Below are positions 16,493 to 24,553 of a DNA stretch of 33,152 bases, piece by piece. The stretch covers positions 18,206 to 51,357 of the forward strand of contig DKXD01000171.1 in NCBI GenBank assembly GCA_002492075.1. The letters run 5' to 3'. The stretch comes from Ruminococcaceae bacterium UBA7135 (GTDB lineage: Bacteria > Bacillota > Clostridia > Oscillospirales > Ruminococcaceae). The first letter of the stretch is position 1. Each line of letters opens with the position of its first letter. Both the position numbers and the translations under genes were made by a program. Below the pieces are notes generated by a model. The model was not told where the DNA came from. It made no database searches and saw only the letters and a program-made list of their open reading frames with translations.

Positions 16493-18481
16493 TCAAAGCT
16501 TCACACGAAAATCGCGGTCTACGCGGGCGTTGTGGAAGTTTTCGGGGAGCGCGTATTCCTTTTTGGAGAAGTACACGGCGACTTCGGCAGAGCTTTCCGT
16601 CACCTTGTCCATATTTCCGCCGTAAAGCAGAATGTCCGCGTCAGCAGCGTTGGCAGCTGTTGCGGAGGATATCGTCACTCCGCCTGCCGAGAACAACTCC
16701 TCGCCAACAGGTATAGTATTCAGCTTTGGCAGCAGCCCCGCCGCCAAGGTGTTAGAGCACACCTCGTCAATGGGAAGCATTTCGAAAAGCTCTTTTATTG
16801 CAAGAGAGCCGCCATAGTCCGCGTCGGGTGCGGCAAGCTTAGTTATTTTGACCGCGCCGCCTTCGCGCATAACTCGCGAAATGCTCGTTGATAATCCATC
16901 GCCGCCTCCCGAGATGAACACCGCCGCCGATCTTCCGTCAAACACTATTGCTGCAGATGTGTATGTGTTTCCCACAAAGCGTACCTCGTGACGGTTCAGC
17001 ACGATCACAGAAGATAACGCGATAATTGCCGCCGCCATTCCCGCGGCGATCTTTCCGAACAGAGCAAATCGTTTTAGGTCGGCGAACGCGCAGAATGTGA
17101 TCGTTAAAGCAAGCAGCACCATAAGTACCCAAGAGCCCGCGAAGTCCAGTGAAAGCGACATTGCTCGCAGCTTTCCCAACGTTCTTATAATAAACGTTGA
17201 GAGTTTCATTGACCAGTCTATCGGCACGGCGAACAAAGGCGCCTGCGTCACTCCGAGAAGCAGCATAAACGTCATTGCCGCAGCGATCAGGGGCGCTAAA
17301 ACCAGCGAGGTCACCGCCCCGAGCAGCGATACGCTTTTGAACAGAGCCGCGCTTATCGGCGCCGTGCAGATGACCGCGCAAGCCGAGCATATGAGCGCCG
17401 TCGTTATGGGAGACAGCACGCTCTTCGCCTTGTCGGGGATGAATTCGCACAGCTTTTCGGAAAACGCGGGTCCCGCTACGCCTACTCCGAAAACGCCCAG
17501 CACTGACATTGCAAAGCCAGCGTCAACTATCGTAAGCGGGGAAAGTATCGGTATCACCGTAACAGCAATGCAGAGCGAGTTCAGCGGGTCAGACTTTCTG
17601 TGCAGCAGCATACCGGTACTGTACAGTAAAAACATCACCGAGGCGCGCAGCACGGACGGCGATATTCCATAGAACAGCAGTCCCGCGGGCGCGAACATCA
17701 GCGAGACAGTTATCCGAGTTTTTCGGCGGGTTTGTGGTATCAATATAAGCAGCGCCGCCGCGAGTACCGCGAAATGCGCTCCCGAAACGGCGGTGTAATG
17801 CGCTGCCCCGCTTACCCGAAGATACTCGGCGTTTTTCGCGGAAAGCTTGTCGTCATCTCCGAACAGCATGGCGGCGGCAAACTCTCGGCTTTCGCCAAAG
17901 ACGTTCTCCGCAAGCCGCCCATAAAAGCTGTCATGAATAACGCGGAATACGCTGTAAATACTTGCGCCCGCGTATTCGGCGGAGCATATCTCGGTGATCT
18001 CGCCCGAAAGAAGTATCCCGTCGGACAAGTCCTGCACGAAATTATCGTTGTCCGCTGCTTCAAGCTCTATCGTCACATCGGCGATGTGATCATCAGGCAG
18101 AGCCTCTGCGCACGAAAGCCGCAGTTTTGTCGTTCTGCCGCCGAGATTCACCTTGGCAATCAGTTCCTCCGACTGTCCCGAGCGTTCGGTTATTTTCAAC
18201 ACTTGTATTTGCGCGTTCAGCGTCTTGCCCGCATAATCCCGTATGGGATCGAGGTAAAGCCGGGTATAAGCGAACATCAGGACGATGCCAAATAAAGCAC
18301 CAGCCGCGCAAAGCGCGGTTTTCTTCCTTTTAACCGACAAAAATATAAAGGCGGCTGCCGCGGCAGCGAAAAATAACGCCCCCGACACACCGCCGCCAAA
18401 ATATACCATCAACATTCCCGCCGCGAAGAAAGGCGCAAACCTCACAAAGGGCAGCGAGACCGATTTATCTTTTTCGATCAA
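16493..18481 (-). CDS. comEC: ComEC/Rec2-family DNA uptake channel protein with degenerate C-terminal metallo-beta-lactamase-like domain
   Basis: TTG start; N-terminal TMs, an OB-fold-sized soluble region, Competence-domain motifs SGAAHYTAVSGAH, SPSVLRASVM, NSLCIA, DAGFAMSVLGVFG; many TM helices. Confidence 0.85.
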   Translation of the reverse strand: MIEKDKSVSLPFVRFAPFFAAGMLMVYFGGGVSGALFFAAAAAAFIFLSVKRKKTALCAAGALFGIVLMFAYTRLYLDPIRDYAGKTLNAQIQVLKITERSGQSEELIAKVNLGGRTTKLRLSCAEALPDDHIADVTIELEAADNDNFVQDLSDGILLSGEITEICSAEYAGASIYSVFRVIHDSFYGRLAENVFGESREFAAAMLFGDDDKLSAKNAEYLRVSGAAHYTAVSGAHFAVLAAALLILIPQTRRKTRITVSLMFAPAGLLFYGISPSVLRASVMFLLYSTGMLLHRKSDPLNSLCIAVTVIPILSPLTIVDAGFAMSVLGVFGVGVAGPAFSEKLCEFIPDKAKSVLSPITTALICSACAVICTAPISAALFKSVSLLGAVTSLVLAPLIAAAMTFMLLLGVTQAPLFAVPIDWSMKLSTFIIRTLGKLRAMSLSLDFAGSWVLMVLLALTITFCAFADLKRFALFGKIAAGMAAAIIALSSVIVLNRHEVRFVGNTYTSAAIVFDGRSAAVFISGGGDGLSTSISRVMREGGAVKITKLAAPDADYGGSLAIKELFEMLPIDEVCSNTLAAGLLPKLNTIPVGEELFSAGGVTISSATAANAADADILLYGGNMDKVTESSAEVAVYFSKKEYALPENFHNARVDRDFRVKL

Positions 18482-18491
18482 TTATCCGTGT

Positions 18492-18839
18492 TCAGATAAG
18501 ACCGGGAAGAGAAACTCCGCCTGTGACCTTTTCCATTTCTGCGGTGCCGTAATCTTCGATCTCCTGGATTATTTCATTCACGCCGCTGATGATAAGGTCC
18601 TGAAGCATTTCAATATCCTCGGGGTCAACGACCTCGGGCTTGAGCGTTACGGATTTAAGCTTCTTGTCGCCTGTCATAACAAGCTCCATAGCCCCGCCGC
18701 CCACCTGCTTCGTAAACTCCTTCTGCTCTATTTCTTCTTGAACGCGGGTGATATCCTCCTGCATTTTCTGAGCTTTTTTCACCATTTGGTTCATGTTGGC
18801 GTTTCCGCCCTGAATTCCCTGGGGAAGTCTTGATTTCAT
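18492..18839 (-). CDS. ybaB: YbaB/EbfC nucleoid-associated protein
   Basis: MNQMVKKAQKMQ, GGGAMELVMTGDK, VVDPEDIEMLQDLI; directly after dnaX with RBS GGAGG. Confidence 0.95.
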   Translation of the reverse strand: MKSRLPQGIQGGNANMNQMVKKAQKMQEDITRVQEEIEQKEFTKQVGGGAMELVMTGDKKLKSVTLKPEVVDPEDIEMLQDLIISGVNEIIQEIEDYGTAEMEKVTGGVSLPGLI

Positions 18840-18840
18840 A

Positions 18841-20736
18841 TTACTGTCCTCCGTTTTGATCGTTTTTGTTTTGAACTTCTATACCAAGCTGTTGTGCTTT
18901 TGTCAGCAGCTTATCAAGCTTGCTTTTTTTCTCGCCGCCTGTTTCGGGAGCCTTTTCCCCTTTGATCTTCAGCTTTACCGAAAAACCGAGCAATCCCGAT
19001 ATCATTTCTCCCACGTCATTGAGTTCCTCGTTCTTGACATTGTTCAATAGCATGGGATTTGAGGAGCTGACCTCCAGAACGCCGCCCGAAAGCCTTGCTG
19101 TAGAATCCGTGAAGAAGGACTCGTACATAAATCCCATTTGGGAAACAACGTCTTTCCAACGCTCTTCTGTGAGTTCGTCGGGAGCGTTCGGCGCGGTGTT
19201 CTGTTCCGCAGCGGGCTGCTCCGAATTGCTTTCATCAGCCGCCGTTTCCTCGGTTGGCGGTTCGGGAGCGTTTGGCGCTGTCTCGTCATTATCCGAGCCA
19301 TCACTGTTTATCGGGTACTCGTTATCGTAAAAGCTGTCGTTGGCGGGCGGTGTATCTTCCCACGGCGGCGCGGGCGTTTCCGGCACTTTTTCTTCCGTGG
19401 CGGGCTGCGTGATCGTTTCCGGGGAGTTTGCTTCTTTGGCTGTTTGCTGTGCCGAATTATCTTTCTCATCGGATTCTTTCATTTTTTGCATAGTTCGGTC
19501 AACAAGCTCTTTTGTGCGCTTTGCCGCAAGGCGTTCGCGCTCCGACATTTCCTCGTAGGATTTCGGTATTATCTCGTTTGGAGTCGGCACCTGCACTATC
19601 ATGGTCGGCTGCTGCGGCTTTGCGGATATCCTCGGAACCGCAGCGGTCGTAGCCTCGATGCCCATACACATTTTCACAAGGCACATTTCCGCTAGCGTTT
19701 TGCGCTGCTTGGTTTTTCCTATATTGTCCGCGCACTGCTGCAAAAGCGTCAGGCAGCGGAGTATATTCGCGAGGTCGTACAGCTCCGCGTTTTCCGCCAG
19801 CCTTGGGTGATCCTCGGGCAAAGCGGACAGCAGATCAACATCGTTGGGAGCTGTCTTATACAGCATAAGGTCGCGGTAGTGCGAAGACAATTCGTCTATG
19901 GCAAGAGATAGATCCTTTGAATTCTTATGCAGTTCGCTTAGCAGACGTATACAGCCCGAAGCGTCGTTTTTAGCGACCATTTCCGAAAAAGCGAACAGAT
20001 GCTTGCTATCCGTCACGCCCGCGCAGTCACGGACTGTTTGCATTGTGATGTTTTCATCGGCGGAAACGCAGCGATCCAGCAGTGAGAGTGCGTCTCTCAT
20101 GCCGCCGTCCGACAGCCTTGAGATAAGGTCTGCCGCGTCTCTGTCGAGAGTGACGTTTTCTTTTGCCGCAACGTCAAGCAGGCGTTCGGTGCTATCCGCG
20201 ATATCCACGCGCTTGAACTCGAACCGCTGGCACCGCGAGCTTATCGTCGCGGGAACCTTATGCAGCTCCGTAGTCGCCAGAATAAACTTGACATGCGGCG
20301 GCGGCTCTTCAAGAGTTTTCAGCAGCGCGTTGAATGCTGCCGCCGAAAGCATATGCACCTCGTCGATTATATAAACGCGGTATTTGCAGCTTACCGGAGT
20401 ATACGCAACTTCGTCGCGCAGCTGGCGTACATCGTCCACGCCGTTGTTGGAAGCCGCGTCCATTTCCACGATATCCGTAGTCTCGCCGCTCATTATTTCA
20501 CGGCAGCGCTCACATTCAAGGCACGGATTTCCATTCTGCGGGTTAAGGCAGTTCACCGCCATTGCCAATATTTTGGCGCAGGTAGTCTTGCCTGTGCCGC
20601 GCGACCCCGTGAAAAGGTACGCGTGCGCGGTGGTTTGGTTTGCGACTTGGTTTTTGAGTGTCGTTGTTATATACTCTTGAGAAATAACGTCGTCAAACGT
20701 TCTGGGACGGTATTTTCTGTATAACGCAAGATACAA
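18841..20736 (-). CDS. dnaX: DNA polymerase III subunit gamma/tau
   Basis: TTG 20736 after GGGGGTGA; ALYRKYRP, Walker A GSRGTGKT, Zn site C..PCLECERC, DAASNNGVDDVR, Walker B IIDEVHML, SRC, GGMRDALSLLD; long Pro/Glu-rich linker. Confidence 0.96.
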   Translation of the reverse strand: MYLALYRKYRPRTFDDVISQEYITTTLKNQVANQTTAHAYLFTGSRGTGKTTCAKILAMAVNCLNPQNGNPCLECERCREIMSGETTDIVEMDAASNNGVDDVRQLRDEVAYTPVSCKYRVYIIDEVHMLSAAAFNALLKTLEEPPPHVKFILATTELHKVPATISSRCQRFEFKRVDIADSTERLLDVAAKENVTLDRDAADLISRLSDGGMRDALSLLDRCVSADENITMQTVRDCAGVTDSKHLFAFSEMVAKNDASGCIRLLSELHKNSKDLSLAIDELSSHYRDLMLYKTAPNDVDLLSALPEDHPRLAENAELYDLANILRCLTLLQQCADNIGKTKQRKTLAEMCLVKMCMGIEATTAAVPRISAKPQQPTMIVQVPTPNEIIPKSYEEMSERERLAAKRTKELVDRTMQKMKESDEKDNSAQQTAKEANSPETITQPATEEKVPETPAPPWEDTPPANDSFYDNEYPINSDGSDNDETAPNAPEPPTEETAADESNSEQPAAEQNTAPNAPDELTEERWKDVVSQMGFMYESFFTDSTARLSGGVLEVSSSNPMLLNNVKNEELNDVGEMISGLLGFSVKLKIKGEKAPETGGEKKSKLDKLLTKAQQLGIEVQNKNDQNGGQ

Positions 20737-20776
20737 TTGCTCACCCCCGCTTACCGCTTGATTTTCGTTGAAACAG

Positions 20777-20910
20777 CAAATGCTCCGGATCATGGGAACA
20801 GACTTGCTGCGGCACACAAAGTGATCCGCTTAATGCTGCTCGGTTCCCCGCCTGACATGGTTCACAGCACTCTGTTGCACAGGGTCTGCCCCCATGATCC
20901 GAAGCATTTG
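20777..20910 (-). ncRNA. ffs: Signal recognition particle RNA (small, 4.5S-type)
   Basis: Minus strand carries the SRP S-domain core GAACCAUGUCAGGCGG-GGAA-CCGAGCAGCAUUAAG inside a long terminal stem (caaatgcttcggatcatggg ... cccatgatccggagcatttg); classic position upstream of dnaX; own promoter. Confidence 0.93.
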
Positions 20911-20926
20911 CCATATAACTTTTATT

Positions 20927-20955
20927 ATTATACATCATTTTTTAAAAAAAATCAA
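20927..20955 (-). promoter_or_regulatory. SigA promoter for SRP RNA and probably the dnaX operon
   Basis: Minus strand TTGATT (20955-20950), 17 bp, TATAAT (20932-20927). Confidence 0.8.
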
Positions 20956-20985
20956 GGGGTTTTTTCGATTTTTTGGCGAACAGGT

Positions 20986-21016
20986 GAAAAATGCCCTCCG
21001 ATCGCTCGGAGGGCAT
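20986..21016 (-). terminator. Rho-independent terminator of the CAP-domain gene
   Basis: 11-bp stem atgccctccga / tcggagggcat followed by a T run on the minus strand, 8 bp after the stop at 21025. Confidence 0.85.
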
Positions 21017-21024
21017 ACACATTA

Positions 21025-22880
21025 TTAACGTTTCTTTTTGTTGGTCATAATAGCGATCAACGCCGCACAGAGTGCAAACGCTATCGGTGTGATGATCGCC
21101 GCTTTGCCCGTTCCGGGATTTCCCTTAACGGCAGAGCTTTCGTTCGATTCGTTTTCGAAGCTGTCGGGAGTGCTGCTCTCGGCGGAGCTTTCCGCAGTTT
21201 CCTCGGAGGTCTTGCTGTCGCTCGCCGCAGGGCTTTCGCCGTTTGTCGAGTTCTCCAATGCCGAATCGTCGGGTGCGGTGGTTTCGTTTTCGGCGTTTTT
21301 GTTTTCGTTCGCCGGGGGAGCTTCATCGTTGTTTTCGGGAGCGGTCGGTTCGCTGTCCGAAAGCTCTATGAGTTCGCCGTCCAATTCTTCGCTTGTGATG
21401 ATATACGGGCTGAAGCTGCTTGCCGTGAAGCAGACACGTCCGTTATCTGTGGTTGACGGAACAAAGCTGCACCGTCCGTTTTCAACGTGATACACGCGCA
21501 GAACGCGATAGTTGTCAAATCCGTTTGGTATGGGCATACTTACCCGAACGTTTCCGTTGGGCTGAATGGTTTGTCCGCCGCAAACGAACGACAGGTCGCA
21601 CGCAAACCTTGTCGCGGAGCAGCAGCTTTCAATGGGCTGCGCCTTAAAACGAGTGTCCGCGGGAAACGCTTCGGGTTCGGCTGTTATCTGAATATCGGTC
21701 TCTTCACTTTTAAATTCAAGCGCGGGCTTGCTTTCCTCAGGTTCGCTGTCAGTCGGCTCACTCTCAGCAGGTTCGCTTTCTGTGGGCTCGTTCTCAGTCG
21801 GATCACTTTCGGTGGGCTCGCTCTTAATCGGTTCTTCTTCGGCGTCGAATACGCTGTCATCGCCGTCAAGCGCGAAGAAGTTCACGTTATACGAAACCTC
21901 TTTCCCAAGCCCCTCTATCTTTACATTGAACACGTCGCCGTGGCTGTATCCGCCAACGTCGTCGGGACGGAATATAACGCAGCCGTAAAGCGGCACGCTT
22001 GTGTCGTTGTTCACGCTGAAGTAACCGTCCGCTTGCTCGCTTGAGAATGTCCATACATGCATATCGGACTTTCTTGTGAGCGTTACCTTTATATTATCCG
22101 CGGGAACGGTTTCGCACATCGAAAAGCTCCAAGCGGTATCGGCGGGGAAGTATTCGGCGGGTGTATTCGGCGCGGGCCAGCATATCCCCGAATTGGACGC
22201 TTGCGTAAGCTGACTGTCGGTAGCCCACATCGTGCCGAAATTTCCGACCTGTCCGAATGCCGTCAGATACATCGGCGGGTTAAGGCACCAGCGTCTGTGT
22301 CCGAGTTCACCGATATTTTTTCGTTTGTATCATACATATACCCCATAACTACCGAGTGTGCGGGGTTGTTGAAGCCGTTTGCCAGATTGGAATTCTTCGC
22401 TCCGACCTGAGCGCACCGCAGCGTCCACATATCTATGCCCGGCATATCGTTGTATATGGTGTGAGTAAGGTATCCCTTGTGATTAAGCACCAATGCCGCC
22501 GCCTGCGCGTAATCCGTGGCGTAAGGACACAGCGTTACGTCTTGAACGCCCACGCCCGCGATAAAGCGCATAACGTTGAGAGCGTTGCGACCTTCGATCA
22601 TGTCCGTATCACTGAGCTTTCCGAAATTCGCGAACGGCATATAGCCGTCGGGCGCTTTGGCATACTCGGTTTTTCGCGTCATATCGAACGGGTGTCCGTT
22701 TATGTATTGACGGATCACATCGCGCGAATGTTCTGTGATGTTTAGTCCGACAGACGGCGCGGTGAAGTCTGTATTTTCCGCAAGAGCTTCATTCGCCGAG
22801 CCGTCCGCGAAAGCGGTCGCAGCCGAGGTCAGCATAACGGCAGCTCCCAGAACAGCAGACAGTAATCCCTTAAGTTTCAT
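21025..22880 (-). pseudogene. Frameshift-split CAP/SCP-domain cell-surface protein with NPGTG sorting signal (618 aa if one A is restored)
   Basis: ATG 22880 after AAAGGGGG; signal peptide; CAP motifs LNVMRFIAG, AQAAAL, SNLA; at the A6 tract (22316-22321) the other frame reads NIGELGHRRWCLNPP-MYLTAFG, joining ORFs 22263..22880 and 21025..22272; C-terminal NPGTG, hydrophobic helix, KKKR. Confidence 0.8.
21733..21822 (-). repeat. Six degenerate 15-bp coding tandem repeats (SEPTE-type linker)
   Basis: SEPTE SDPTE NEPTE SEPAE SEPTD SEPEE. Confidence 0.85.
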
Positions 22881-22985
22881 AGATATTCCCCCTTTTGATT
22901 TTCGGGCAAACGGTATTTTTGTTCGGCACATTATTTTTATTTGCGTACCTACTAATACCGTCCGCGTTTTCTTATTCCCCATTTT

Positions 22986-23015
22986 ATTATAGCACTCGGA
23001 AAAATCCGTTGTCAA
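22986..23015 (-). promoter_or_regulatory. SigA promoter of the CAP-domain gene
   Basis: Minus strand TTGACA (23015-23010), 18 bp, TGc-TATAAT (22991-22986). Confidence 0.8.
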
Positions 23016-23129
23016 TAAGCGGGAATAACAAATTTTTCCTCGCGGATTTTGTCAATTTGCCGAATGAATTGTGCCGCTTTCGCTTTGGGAGAATATATCT
23101 TGTGGCAAATGTTTTTTTGGTATGAACAC

Positions 23130-23158
23130 TTGCAAAGAGTGGAAAAATATGTTATAAT
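23130..23158 (+). promoter_or_regulatory. SigA promoter of fabV
   Basis: TTGCAA (23130-23135), 17 bp, TGt-TATAAT (23153-23158). Confidence 0.8.
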
Positions 23159-23252
23159 AAAAATAAGCTGAAATTTAATGAACAGATGATGTTACTGTTG
23201 CTCCGTTAATGTTCAGCGGAAAAATATAAACGGGCGTTTTGGAGGAAAAGCT

Positions 23253-24404
23253 ATGGTAGTTCAACCGAAAGTAAGAGGATTTATCTGTACGACCGCTCAC
23301 CCGGCAGGCTGTGCGAAAGAGGTAAAAAATCAGATAGACTATGTAAAGAAACAAGGCAAGCTGAACGGTGCGAAAAAGGTGTTGGTTATAGGCTCGTCTA
23401 TGGGATATGGATTAGCGTCCCGCATTTCGGCGGCGTTCGGGTGCGGCGCGGCAACGGTCGGCGTGATGTTTGATAAGCCTGCGTCCGGCAATAAGACGGC
23501 AACTTCCGGCTGGTACAACACCAAGGCGTTTGAGAAATTCGCGGCGGAGGAGGGTCTGTACGCGAAAACCGTCAACGGTGACGCGTACTCCGACGAAGTG
23601 AAGCGCGAAGTGATAGACATTATCAAGAACGATCTCGGCAAGGTGGACCTTGTTATATATTCGCTTGCCGCTCCGCGCAGAACGGTCGGAGACGTAACTT
23701 ACAAAAGCGTTCTTAAAACCACGGGCGCACCGTACACCAACAAGACGATAGATCTCCGCAGCAACGAGATATCCGAGATAACGATAGAACCCGCCACAGA
23801 GGAAGAGATAGAGGCAACCGTCAAGGTTATGGGCGGCGAGGACTGGGAAGCGTGGATAGACGCTATGAAAGCGTCAGATGTTCTTGACGACAACGCGGTG
23901 ACCATTGCGTACAATTATATCGGTCCCGAGATCACTCACCCGATGTATTATAACGGTTCTATCGGCAGAGCAAAGGCGCATTTATTGGCGACTTCAAAGA
24001 AGATTACCGAAAACGGCGTTCGCGCTTATGTTTCGGTTAACAAGGCTCTTGTTACGCAGTCGTCCTCCGCCATACCGATCGTGCCGCTCTATATTTCGAT
24101 ACTTTACAAGGTCATGAAAGAAAAGGGAAACCATGAGGGCTGCATTGAGCAAATGCGCCGACTTTTCGGCAAGCTTTACGGCGGCGAGCTTGGGCTTGAC
24201 AAGGACGGTCAAATTCGCATGGACGATTGGGAAATGGAAGATGATGTTCAGGAGAAGGTATCCAAGATATGGAACGACTTAAACGCGGACAATTTCAAGC
24301 AGCTTACCGATATGGAGGGCTACTGGAAGGACTTCTATGCGCTGTTCGGTTTCGGCATTGACGGTGTGGACTATGACGCGGACGTTGATGTAAGCGTGGA
24401 ATAA
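23253..24404 (+). CDS. fabV: Enoyl-ACP reductase FabV / trans-2-enoyl-CoA reductase (Ter) family
   Basis: RBS GGAGG; PKVRGFICTTAHPAGC, GSSMGYGLASRI, YSLAAPRR, TVKVMGGEDW, catalytic Y..K region YIGPEITHPMYYNGSIGRAK, NKALVTQSSSAIP. Confidence 0.93.
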   Translation: MVVQPKVRGFICTTAHPAGCAKEVKNQIDYVKKQGKLNGAKKVLVIGSSMGYGLASRISAAFGCGAATVGVMFDKPASGNKTATSGWYNTKAFEKFAAEEGLYAKTVNGDAYSDEVKREVIDIIKNDLGKVDLVIYSLAAPRRTVGDVTYKSVLKTTGAPYTNKTIDLRSNEISEITIEPATEEEIEATVKVMGGEDWEAWIDAMKASDVLDDNAVTIAYNYIGPEITHPMYYNGSIGRAKAHLLATSKKITENGVRAYVSVNKALVTQSSSAIPIVPLYISILYKVMKEKGNHEGCIEQMRRLFGKLYGGELGLDKDGQIRMDDWEMEDDVQEKVSKIWNDLNADNFKQLTDMEGYWKDFYALFGFGIDGVDYDADVDVSVE

Positions 24405-24418
24405 TGTGTCTTTAAAGC

Positions 24419-24452
24419 AAAACTCTCTCCGCTAATGCGGGTAGAGTTTTTT
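24419..24452 (+). terminator. Terminator after fabV
   Basis: aaaactct..ccgc-taat-gcgg..agagtttt followed by more T residues. Confidence 0.75.
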
Positions 24453-24460
24453 GTGTGTTT

Positions 24461-24553
24461 ATACTAATTCGCTGTCAAGGTATAGACAAAAAAATGACTT
24501 AACTCAATACAACAACACTAATATTTGTCTATACATTTATCACGAATTAGTAT
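24461..24553. repeat. 93-bp element bounded by 30-bp imperfect inverted repeats (MITE-like)
   Basis: atactaattcg (24461-71) / cgaattagtat (24543-53) and tatagacaaa (24481-90) / tttgtctata (24524-33), with equal 9-bp spacers on both arms. Confidence 0.5.

Noticed and set aside
18920-18933. A7G run in dnaX as a programmed -1 frameshift (gamma/tau)
   Set aside because: It is read GAG AAA AAA AGC, not the A AAA AAG phase, and sits ~30 codons from the stop, so it could not yield a gamma-like product.
20737-20938. 65-aa ORF 20741..20938 and the N-terminal extension of dnaX to 20817
   Set aside because: Both overlap the SRP RNA; dnaX has a good RBS before TTG 20736 and its conserved N-terminus begins there.
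22881-22980. T-box riboswitch upstream of the CAP gene
   Set aside because: Only a specifier-loop-like internal loop is present; no AG bulge or GGUG apical motifs, no UGGNACC antiterminator, no terminator, and the gene is unrelated to amino acids.
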